From NCBI GenBank assembly GCA_029856365.1, contig JAHQWW010000027.1:1-35102 (forward strand): a stretch of DNA of 35,102 bases, in the 5' to 3' direction. This document shows, in pieces, positions 18,293 through 27,085 of this stretch. Source of the stretch: Candidatus Hodarchaeota archaeon. GTDB lineage: Archaea > Asgardarchaeota > Heimdallarchaeia > Hodarchaeales > Hodarchaeaceae. Both the position numbers and the translations under genes were made by a program. The first letter of the stretch is position 1, and every line of letters begins with the position of its first letter. Under the pieces are notes generated by a model. The model did no database searches. It saw only the letters and a program-made list of their open reading frames with translations, and was not told the DNA's origin.

Positions 18293-20378
18293 TCAGAGTT
18301 AACAATTCTCTTATTGTTTCCGTTACTTCATCATAAGCACCATGGATAAACTTCATACTACCCACAACTTCATGTCCCCCCCCTTCAACACCTGCATGAG
18401 GTAATTTTTTAGCACATTTCTTAATAAATTTTGGAAAATCCAGTTTAACATTTTGTGAACGAAAAATAGCAAAATCAGGACCTAAACCTATAGCGACAAG
18501 CGCAGAATTTTGATTCTTACTAGCAAGATGATCAAAGAGAGATCCTGTTATCTTCCCAGGAGGAGGGTAATCAAACCGATTCGCAAATTTCTCTACATCT
18601 AAAATCGCTAAATTTACTCCATTTACTAATGTTTCCTCTTGAACATATTCTAGAGAGATCTGTAATTGGTTTTCTAAGTGCGTGCGAGCTTCAGTCGATA
18701 ATAATTTAACATAATTAATTTGTTTTTCTTGTTTTCCCTGTGTTCCTAATAGATCACTTAGAAGAAGGCGTCCAGGTGAAAATTTTAAGAAATAGGCTTG
18801 ATAATCGACTGCTACTGCAATATCCTCGATAAAATGTTCCAAATAATCTTTCTTTTTGGCAATCATAAGGTATTGGTTTTGTTCTTCTCCTTCAACACGA
18901 TCACCTTTTCCAGCAATAGCAGGAAGATGGTTTATTGTATCAGTGATATCAGGATTGACAAAACGGGCCAACTCACAGCCTAGCATCCCAGTACAAATAT
19001 TATAGTCACCACCAACGAAATAAACATTAAGATGGCTATCAATTACACCCTGAATATTACTTGATGGGAAGTGATGATCTATAACCATTATTTCAATTCC
19101 ATATGATTTTAGTAAATTGTAGGAAAACAAGCTTTCATCACTGCTTCCTGTGTCTAACATGATAATGATAGGGATTTTATCCCCAAATCGATCCTGATCA
19201 GCCAACGCGAAATCTAGGTCACGAACCGCGTCAAGAGGATCATAAAAAGGAGGTTTATTAGGAGTTCTTTTGACTAGATGTCGTAGTTGATCTTCGTCTG
19301 AATGTCCAAAGAGTTGGTACCATAGTTCACGACACGCTGTCTCTAGGGCTATCCCTGCTACAATTCCATCACAATCATTGTGATGTCTGATGATTATGGG
19401 TTGCAGTTCAAGTAAGGCTCGTCGAATACGTTTGGCAATGGTCACAAATTTTTCTTTCAATAATTCCAATGTTTCGGATTTCACTAGAAAATCAATTTCA
19501 GGTGGTTTACTTCTCGTGTCAAGTAGTTCTTCCATTTTTTGCATAAAAACATTTGCATAAGCAGAGTCAACAATAAAAATGTCAGAGATTTCAATTTGTT
19601 CTGAACCTCGATGACTACTATATTCTCCCATGACTTCAACGATATTCCCAACCTCAATCTTCTCTGCGAATTCAAGATGAAAGGCTGCAGCTTCGATCAC
19701 ACCTGTCTCGTCAAGGAGAGTGAAAATTTTTGGTCCACGGGGAATTTGACGTATATTTTCAACTCGGGAATGAATCGAAAAGAAGGTTCCAACCTCACGA
19801 TCAACATTGATTTTCTGTAAAGGAACAGGGTCATGCACACGCTTAATCTCAAACGGAGATATATCTATTATTTTTATTTCTTGGAATTCTAGTTTTTCCC
19901 CCTTCTTATTTTTTAATTTTACAACGATTTTGTCTCCCTCTTTCCCCTTAAACCTCTTATCACGAATCAACCCCTCTACTTTTGGTGCGAGTTGCACAAA
20001 GAACCCAAAATCAACTTTCTTCACTACTTTACCTAAATAGCTTTTCTTAAATTCCACTCCCCCTAGAGAAGCAGGCGGGATTAGCTCATAAATTAGAGGA
20101 TTTTTCTCACAGGATTCACATAATTGTTGTCCTGTAGGTGCTGGCTTATCGCAGAGAATGCATTGATTTTTTTCAATTCCTGTTCCTTTACAAACTGGAC
20201 ATGTTTTCTCAACTTCTTTCTCAATTTTACCTTTACCTAAGCATTTTGGACATTCATTTCTTCCTGTTGGTTTGGAACCAACAATGATTTTTGTTGAACC
20301 CATTCCACGACACATGGGACATTTACTTGTATGTTTGACAAGAATTTTTCCCTTCCCAAGACATTTAGGACACTTCAT
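18252..20378 (-). CDS. Archaeal RecJ-like DHH nuclease with DnaJ-type Zn finger, S1 and OB folds (COG1107/HAN-like)
   Basis: Four CxxCxGxG repeats, S1 (DFGFFV..VEGLI), OB (GPKIFTLLDETG), HHNDCDG, LDTGS, IDHH, GGGH. Confidence 0.92.
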   Translation of the reverse strand: MKCPKCLGKGKILVKHTSKCPMCRGMGSTKIIVGSKPTGRNECPKCLGKGKIEKEVEKTCPVCKGTGIEKNQCILCDKPAPTGQQLCESCEKNPLIYELIPPASLGGVEFKKSYLGKVVKKVDFGFFVQLAPKVEGLIRDKRFKGKEGDKIVVKLKNKKGEKLEFQEIKIIDISPFEIKRVHDPVPLQKINVDREVGTFFSIHSRVENIRQIPRGPKIFTLLDETGVIEAAAFHLEFAEKIEVGNIVEVMGEYSSHRGSEQIEISDIFIVDSAYANVFMQKMEELLDTRSKPPEIDFLVKSETLELLKEKFVTIAKRIRRALLELQPIIIRHHNDCDGIVAGIALETACRELWYQLFGHSDEDQLRHLVKRTPNKPPFYDPLDAVRDLDFALADQDRFGDKIPIIIMLDTGSSDESLFSYNLLKSYGIEIMVIDHHFPSSNIQGVIDSHLNVYFVGGDYNICTGMLGCELARFVNPDITDTINHLPAIAGKGDRVEGEEQNQYLMIAKKKDYLEHFIEDIAVAVDYQAYFLKFSPGRLLLSDLLGTQGKQEKQINYVKLLSTEARTHLENQLQISLEYVQEETLVNGVNLAILDVEKFANRFDYPPPGKITGSLFDHLASKNQNSALVAIGLGPDFAIFRSQNVKLDFPKFIKKCAKKLPHAGVEGGGHEVVGSMKFIHGAYDEVTETIRELLTLIEIQEINEKKTKI

Positions 20379-20593
20379 AAGTGAAGACCCACTCTTTCAG
20401 TCACTTCATAATTTTATTCTAGCAAAAAAATTAAGTAAAGTTTACACTATGTCATATTTAAAGATTGGATATTCTTGTTTTTCACATATTAAATAGAAAA
20501 TTTGAAATTATTTATCAATATTAATAGTGAATTGAAAAAAAGTAGAATTTTTATCCTCTTTGGCTTTTATAAATATTTCAAAGGTGAATAGTC

Positions 20594-22204
20594 GTGGTAA
20601 AGGATTCTTCTCAAAAAGAAGAAGTTATTATTTTTTCCGATAGTCATATTTCAAAATTTACTGGCTTTTTTAATAAAAAAGCTTTTAAAACAGGGGTTAA
20701 ACTAATTCAAGGTCTTTTAAAAGAAAACCCGAACGCATATCTTCTCCACCTCGGAGATATTACCGATTCAGGTACCTATGAGGACTTTGTATATTCGAAA
20801 AAGCTTCTGGATGACAATTTTTCTAATATTGATAATTTATACACAGTCCCAGGGAACCATGATTTAAGGAACATTGGAGATAAGCTTTGGAAAGATTTCT
20901 TCGGTGAGCGACAATTTTTCATCGATACTACAGAAAATGGGGGTAATATGATTATTCTTGGCATGGATAGTTCTGAACCAGATGAAAACATTGGTAGAAT
21001 TGGTGATCGGGGTCTTGAAGCTATCAATGAACTTCATAGCTACAGTGATGACCTCGTAAAGGTTCTTTGTTTTCATCATCATTTATTGCCAATTCCAAAT
21101 ACTGGAAGGGAAAGATCAATGATCTTAGACGCGGGTGACGTCATGCAAGTCATCTGGAGAGCTGGAATTGATGTGATTATTACTGCTCATCGTCATTACC
21201 CAAACGTTTTCTCCCTCTCAAACGGAATAAGACGTTGTTTACTTGTGAATTGCGGTACTTTCAGTAGTTTCAAGACTCGTGGGAAAGCAGGACATACTTT
21301 TGTGGAACTCACACTAGCTGATGAAGAATTAAATATCAACGTCTACGGAATCGAATCTTATTCTAAATTTCAACAACCTGTAAAAGAATCTGTTTCGATG
21401 TTGAAAGGAGAACTCAAACCACAAGTTGGCTATCTTGTGCCTGGAGACAGAGTTTTAAGCAAAATTTGTCAATTTTCAGATACACACTTCAGTCCAGGAA
21501 GTCAATTTCTTGCAGAAGTTTATGATCTTGGCATTAAAATGATGCTTCGGGAAAATCCCAATTTGCTTATTCACTGTGGTGATTTAACAAATGATGCATA
21601 TCCCGAGGATTTTGCAGTAGCTAAAATTAAATTACGAGAGCTTCGTGGTTATGATATTCCGTATTTAATTGTACCTGGCTCGAGGGATTTACAACCCTTT
21701 GGTCGTGAGTTATGGGTTCAACAAGTTGGTCCTTTGGATCCAATTTATGAGGATTCATCCCTTCGTGTTCTTGGTATAAATACTGGCCCAGATCCGTCTG
21801 GTCATGTTGGCCGTAGTCGTTTGAGGATGATTAAACATGAGTTTGCCACTTATGGATCCTATAAATTCTTTTTCGTTGTGATGCATCATAGTGCCCTACC
21901 AATCCCTCGAGCTCGATTCAAACGAGCAGTCACTGATGCTGGAGATGTAATTGATTTTGTAACTGGTCATAAAGTACCCCTCGTGTTATCAGGGCTTGAT
22001 CATTTTGCCACAGCAATGCAGATAGAAGATACGGTTTTTGTGAATGCTGGAACTTTCTCAAGCAAGAAAATTCGTTCAAAGAGGATGAATACATTCAATG
22101 TAATATCTATATATGAAAGCGGAGTAATTCAGGCTGAAGAAGTGGAAATTCATAGTAGTACTCGTCATCTTTTAGGATTATATAGTGTACCCATTGACTC
22201 ATAA
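20594..22204 (+). CDS. Tandem calcineurin-like metallophosphoesterase (CpdA/Icc-like)
   Basis: Domain 1: DSH, GD, GNHD, HHH, AHRH. Domain 2: DTH, GD, GSRD, MHH, GLDH. GGTGA RBS upstream. Confidence 0.9.
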   Translation: MVKDSSQKEEVIIFSDSHISKFTGFFNKKAFKTGVKLIQGLLKENPNAYLLHLGDITDSGTYEDFVYSKKLLDDNFSNIDNLYTVPGNHDLRNIGDKLWKDFFGERQFFIDTTENGGNMIILGMDSSEPDENIGRIGDRGLEAINELHSYSDDLVKVLCFHHHLLPIPNTGRERSMILDAGDVMQVIWRAGIDVIITAHRHYPNVFSLSNGIRRCLLVNCGTFSSFKTRGKAGHTFVELTLADEELNINVYGIESYSKFQQPVKESVSMLKGELKPQVGYLVPGDRVLSKICQFSDTHFSPGSQFLAEVYDLGIKMMLRENPNLLIHCGDLTNDAYPEDFAVAKIKLRELRGYDIPYLIVPGSRDLQPFGRELWVQQVGPLDPIYEDSSLRVLGINTGPDPSGHVGRSRLRMIKHEFATYGSYKFFFVVMHHSALPIPRARFKRAVTDAGDVIDFVTGHKVPLVLSGLDHFATAMQIEDTVFVNAGTFSSKKIRSKRMNTFNVISIYESGVIQAEEVEIHSSTRHLLGLYSVPIDS

Positions 22205-22237
22205 GCATAAATTGATCTTTATAACCCTATAAAAGTT

Positions 22238-22711
22238 GTGAGCTATTTGAATCAAAGTCATATAAGTAAAGAAGAATGGTTATCCAAAATAGGCGCTCTA
22301 AAGAATTCCACAGAAAGAATTTTGAACCTTAGTACTAATTGGAGTGCTTCGAATGGTTGGGATTTAAAAGAACTAATGATCCATCTCCAAGCGTGGGATG
22401 AGGAGTATTTAAACATTCTAAAAGGTCAAATACTTAGAGAATCCTATATTCCAAGGTTTTGACGATCTTCTGATTATAAAATAGAAAAGCAAATGAAATT
22501 CGTTAATCGTTGGAATAATCAAATATTGAATGAAAAGAAACTTCTTTCCTTTGAAACTATTCGTAAGCAATTTATACAAACTCGTCAAAGAGTGTTCAGG
22601 GAATTTGGTGAGTTGTGGTCTGATAATGAGGGCCTCTTACACCCTTTTGCTCTACAAATTGATGATCTTTCTGCTCATGATGCTAAACATATTGCTAAAG
22701 ATATAAAATGA
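22238..22711 (+). pseudogene. DinB/DfsB-like four-helix bundle protein with an in-frame TGA
   Basis: ORFs 22238-22462 and 22493-22711 share a frame, joined by PRF*RSSDYKIEKQM; WDLKELMIHLQAWD, NRWN, HDAKH motifs; merged length ~157 aa. Confidence 0.75.
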
Positions 22712-22906
22712 GGACTTAAAGATGTTCTTGTCAAGATGGAAGACTGTAGAGTAGAACATGAACCAAAATCAAAAAGTAACAATCTTGGTTTCACTTTTAA
22801 TCACTTTATTTCGTATCAACAAAATCAAGTAGGAATCCTTGTAGATCATTAATTCTTTTCCAGAGTAAATTTACTTTATCCTAATCCCAGTCATGGATTT
22901 TGATCT

Positions 22907-23530
22907 TTAGGATTCTTTTCCTGAAGCATTATAACGAGGAGAAGATGGGAAGATGAGCATTAATTCCCCTCGAGACAATGATTTTTGGGCTTTTGAATGG
23001 AACCGATGAGCTTCTAGAATTTTTACAAGCTTTGTTAGGTCGTTAGTTTGAATAAGCATTTGAAAAATAGGTTTGGTATTACTGACTTTGATTTCAATGC
23101 GGCCAAAACTATCAATCTTCCCACCAAGCTTTTTTCTTTGCCAACGATCGAGTCGAAGATAATGAATATCACTGTATCTGTATCTTTCCAAATCATAGAT
23201 TGTTTTCATCTTGGATCGTATTAATTCAAAGACCGATCCAGTACCATAAATTATTACATGTTTGTCTATCTGTAGGAATCTATAATGCTTTGGAGTAAGC
23301 CATGGAACAATAATTATCCACGAGAGAATTACAATTAATAACGCTAATGATTGTATTATTAAAAAAGTAAAAAACCCAATGAGGATAGAGAAAATGGTGA
23401 TATCTTTGAGAAATCCAGTGGTGTTGTTCAGAGTACAACGATATATAACACTCTTATCTGAGGAGGGATAAAATCTACCCTGCGTAAGCGCTTGATCTTT
23501 TCCAATTGCCAAAATAAACCCCTTAAACAA
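22907..23530 (-). CDS. Hypothetical protein with 2 TM helices and a soluble C-terminal domain
   Basis: 207-aa ORF with a hydrophobic hairpin; no family recognised. Confidence 0.6.
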   Translation of the reverse strand: MFKGFILAIGKDQALTQGRFYPSSDKSVIYRCTLNNTTGFLKDITIFSILIGFFTFLIIQSLALLIVILSWIIIVPWLTPKHYRFLQIDKHVIIYGTGSVFELIRSKMKTIYDLERYRYSDIHYLRLDRWQRKKLGGKIDSFGRIEIKVSNTKPIFQMLIQTNDLTKLVKILEAHRFHSKAQKSLSRGELMLIFPSSPRYNASGKES

Positions 23531-23618
23531 CCATACTAACCTTAAATTTTAATTTGGTGACTATTTTAAATTTATTTTAATTGAACTAAATTTTGTTCTT
23601 CTGATTTAAGATACTTTG

Positions 23619-24509
23619 TTAACGAGGATAGGAATCAGGTCGGTTGAATTTTTTGGCCATAATCAATTCTTGTTCAATGAATTTAAAACCCCACCCCTTA
23701 TACATTTTGTTGTGAATATCACTATCGGCGAATGTCGTCAACAATATTCTTTGAACCTTATGTTTCCTGAACCATTGAAATGCCTTAACAGTGAGACTGG
23801 TTGCAACATGCTGCTTACGAAACCTCGGAAGTGTAGCAATACGAGCATAATGCCCTTCTACTCTGTTTGTAGATACTGAGTTGGAATTGTATCCAACAAG
23901 TTTGCCCTTGATAAAAGCCACAAGTAAGGAATTCGTCTCTGATTCGATTTCTTTCTTAAAATCGTCAATATTTTTCTGCCAGTAGTCTGAAAAACAAATC
24001 TTTTCCAGTTTAACAAGATCAATGAGATCCCTCTTTGTAGCTGATCTAATTTTAATTTTAGGGTTCGCTTGAAGTGGAAAAGAAAGGTTATCCTTAGCAT
24101 AACAATTAATTTTTGCTATTACTTCAAATCCTTGTTTTAGAAAAAAGTTCTTTGAATCAAAAAATATCTCAGGAATTCGGACAGATAGATATTGTAAATT
24201 AATGTTCCCCATGGTGAATTCCCTCTCTAATTCTTGTAGAAGTTCGCTTCCAATTCGACACTTTCGAAATTCTGGGACAACATAAAGGGAAAAAACCCCT
24301 GGTTTTGATGAACTACCTTGATCACCAATAATGAATCCAATAATTCTTTTAGAATGAACTGCTATTTTAACTAGATCTGATCTATATCGAATATATCTGC
24401 GGAAATTTTGTAGGTCTTCCGAACTTGAAAAATTCCCACCAATCTGGATGTAAATTTTCTCCAAAGATAAATAATATTCTCTAGTGAGAGGAAGAACTGC
24501 TACATCCAT
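23619..24509 (-). CDS. Tandem GNAT acetyltransferase (RimI-like domains)
   Basis: Two acetyl-CoA loops: VVPEFRKCRIGSEL and TLPRFRKQHVATSL. Confidence 0.88.
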   Translation of the reverse strand: MDVAVLPLTREYYLSLEKIYIQIGGNFSSSEDLQNFRRYIRYRSDLVKIAVHSKRIIGFIIGDQGSSSKPGVFSLYVVPEFRKCRIGSELLQELEREFTMGNINLQYLSVRIPEIFFDSKNFFLKQGFEVIAKINCYAKDNLSFPLQANPKIKIRSATKRDLIDLVKLEKICFSDYWQKNIDDFKKEIESETNSLLVAFIKGKLVGYNSNSVSTNRVEGHYARIATLPRFRKQHVATSLTVKAFQWFRKHKVQRILLTTFADSDIHNKMYKGWGFKFIEQELIMAKKFNRPDSYPR

Positions 24510-24751
24510 CGACCTATTCTTCCAATATTTATTTCCTCACCTAAGGGGATATTGTCACCTTAGAGAAGTATTTAAGTGTACTAAGTCGATACTACTGTTA
24601 ATTATATAAATTTGATAATATTTTCGAAAGAGAAATATTTTAAGAAATTCAGATTAAAATCTCACAGAACTCGGATAATCTAGTCTTTTTTAGTAAAATA
24701 ACTACATAAATTTCACTTTCGCTTGGTTCAAAAAGATAGAAGTGGCCATAT

Positions 24752-27070
24752 TTGAAGAAATCAGAGCATTCCACTGAAGAAGAAGTTTTAAAGGCTTTGA
24801 TGAATGCGGTTGATAAAATTGAAACATTCACAAAAAAAGTTGGTTATAGGAAGTTTGAACAACCACTTGGTTTTGTTTTTGCACGTGTAATAGATAATAA
24901 ATTCACTCGATCAGAAAAAGGAAAGAAGGAACTAGAAAAAGCAATTATCAGAGCTGCTGCGTTTGTAATAGTCACTCAAATCTTGGTTTACCTTGTATTG
25001 TCCAAAGGCACTCAAGAAAATAATTTAGATATTAATACAGTACAAGATACGAAACAAATGCAGGCACTTTTTGATGGAATGGTCACCAATACAAATTATA
25101 AAACTATCTTCAATACTCGCATCGTGGAACTACTCCCAGAAGAATCAGTTGCCTCCTTGGATTGCGTGTTCAAGGTATTACTTACATTTCAATTGCAAAA
25201 GTTCACATCTGACGTTTTAGGGAAGTTGTTCCACGGATTAATTCCATTTGAACTTCGTAAGTTTTTAGCTGCATATTATACATCAAATGTTGTTGGCGAA
25301 TTCTTATCATACTTAGCAATAAAAAATGCAAACCATAAAGTTCTGGATCCTGCTTGTGGATCTGGAACGCTGCTAGTGAGCGCTTATCATCGATTAAAGG
25401 AATTAAATGAAGATTTAAGTCATTCCAAACTTTTACAAAACCTTTATGGGCTTGATGTGTCTGTATTTGCAGCTCAGCTTGCTGGAATAAATCTAGCCCT
25501 ACAGAATCCTGTATATCCTTTGGATACCAGTCAGATTGTTATTCTTGACGCATTTAAACTTAATATGAAGCATAAAAAAGGAGGAACTGAATTAAAAATA
25601 CCTAAAGTAGATGTTCTTCTTGGGAATCCTCCTTTTACTCGTGGAGATCGATTAGATAGTGAGTATAAAGACTATTTAGAGACACATCTTCGCATAAAGC
25701 AGGATATTTCCTTTAATTACAATAAAAAATATTTAGGATTATACGCTTATTTCCTTCTAGATTCACTGAGATTATTGAAAGAAAATGGGATTCTAGCATT
25801 TGTACTTCCACTTTCTTTAATCAATTCATACACGATGAAACCTGTTCTTAAGTTTCTTTTATCTAAATTCATTTTAAAATATGTAATTACTTCAGAAGCT
25901 CAAATTACATTTTCAGAACAGTGTGCGTTCAAAGAAATTCTCTTTATTGCCCAAAAAGGAGAAAATAATAGCTCAAAAGCCAAATTCGTTGTTTTAAAGA
26001 GGGAATTATCTACAAAAAATTCTCGTTTTTTAGGAGAAAAAATTGAAGAAACAACAGAAGACTATGAAGATTCATATATAAGAATCCATAATATTTCAAA
26101 TCAAGTCTTAAAAGAAACTGTGGAAATGAATTGGACAATATATCTATTTAATAAAGCATTTTTCAAATTATTTGAACAAATAAGACAATTAGAGATGACA
26201 ACTCCTATAACTCAATTAGTGAAAACACCACGGTATGATGTGGATCGTGGTCTTCGTGCGGGGATTTCAGATTTCTTCTATCTACCGAATAAATACTGGA
26301 AAATTATTGATGAATCGAATGATTGGATTAAAATACAGAATATTGAAAATAACTCTGTTCTGGAAGTGTTACGTCAATATATTACTCCTGTATTAAGGAA
26401 ATCTTCTCACTATATACAGATTATTCCAGAAATATCTGATTATGCTGTCGTGATTCCTGACAACAATTCAATAGAAAAGGCTGTTAAGGATTATGTCAAA
26501 TGGGGTGCTCAAAAGTTTCATAAGAGAGGATTTGAATCATTAACTTACAAACATATCAAAAGGGGACGGAAAATGGCAAGAGTAGCCATCACTCACGAGC
26601 TCAGTTTGCTAAGTAATAATATTATAGCCTATTATTCTCCTCATCCTGTGATTATTACAGATAATTTTATTTTCATTAGAACCATTAATGAAGAAAACGA
26701 TAAGATTCTTGCAGCTTATCTGAATAGCTCTATTTTTCTTTTAACTTACTTTGCTTTACGTAGAGAGAAGACTGGGGCCCTCGGACAGATCTTCGGAACC
26801 GATGTGCGCCATTTCTTCTGCTTAGATCCCCAAAAAGTGAAGAAAACTGATCGAAAAGAATTAATGCTAATTTTTGACCGATTTATGCACGAATCGAGCC
26901 AATTTCCATCTTTTTATCAGCAAATTCGTGATGCAATGGATAACAAGAACCACATTAGATTTCTATTAGATAAGAAAATCTGTGAAATATTGACACTTAG
27001 TAATGAATCAAATTTTTTAAGACAACTTTATGAAACATTAGCCGAGGAGCTCAACAAGTTCATTAGCTAA
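24752..27070 (+). CDS. N6-adenine DNA methyltransferase (gamma class, Eco57I/TaqI-like) with C-terminal target-recognition region; no nuclease domain evident
   Basis: RKFLAAYYT, VLDPACGSGTLL, LYGLD, GNPPF, GILAFVLP, LAAYLNSS. Confidence 0.9.
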   Translation: MKKSEHSTEEEVLKALMNAVDKIETFTKKVGYRKFEQPLGFVFARVIDNKFTRSEKGKKELEKAIIRAAAFVIVTQILVYLVLSKGTQENNLDINTVQDTKQMQALFDGMVTNTNYKTIFNTRIVELLPEESVASLDCVFKVLLTFQLQKFTSDVLGKLFHGLIPFELRKFLAAYYTSNVVGEFLSYLAIKNANHKVLDPACGSGTLLVSAYHRLKELNEDLSHSKLLQNLYGLDVSVFAAQLAGINLALQNPVYPLDTSQIVILDAFKLNMKHKKGGTELKIPKVDVLLGNPPFTRGDRLDSEYKDYLETHLRIKQDISFNYNKKYLGLYAYFLLDSLRLLKENGILAFVLPLSLINSYTMKPVLKFLLSKFILKYVITSEAQITFSEQCAFKEILFIAQKGENNSSKAKFVVLKRELSTKNSRFLGEKIEETTEDYEDSYIRIHNISNQVLKETVEMNWTIYLFNKAFFKLFEQIRQLEMTTPITQLVKTPRYDVDRGLRAGISDFFYLPNKYWKIIDESNDWIKIQNIENNSVLEVLRQYITPVLRKSSHYIQIIPEISDYAVVIPDNNSIEKAVKDYVKWGAQKFHKRGFESLTYKHIKRGRKMARVAITHELSLLSNNIIAYYSPHPVIITDNFIFIRTINEENDKILAAYLNSSIFLLTYFALRREKTGALGQIFGTDVRHFFCLDPQKVKKTDRKELMLIFDRFMHESSQFPSFYQQIRDAMDNKNHIRFLLDKKICEILTLSNESNFLRQLYETLAEELNKFIS

Positions 27071-27085
27071 TAGGATGATGTCTCA

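Noticed and set aside
20140-20378. DnaJ chaperone or DNA repeat array
   Set aside because: The CxxCxGxG repeats are the Zn-finger of the RecJ-like nuclease; no J-domain HPD motif
2961-22462. Genome-wide stop-codon reassignment, selenocysteine or pyrrolysine as the cause of the internal stops
   Set aside because: All three stop codons occur internally, TGA and TAG both terminate intact genes (e.g. 4021, 8582, 9122, 15059, 33157), and the interrupted positions do not match catalytic Cys sites
22720-22900. Possible minus-strand gene remnant (DKVNLLWKRINDLQGFLLDFVDTK*)
   Set aside because: Too short and stop-ridden to support without a homology search
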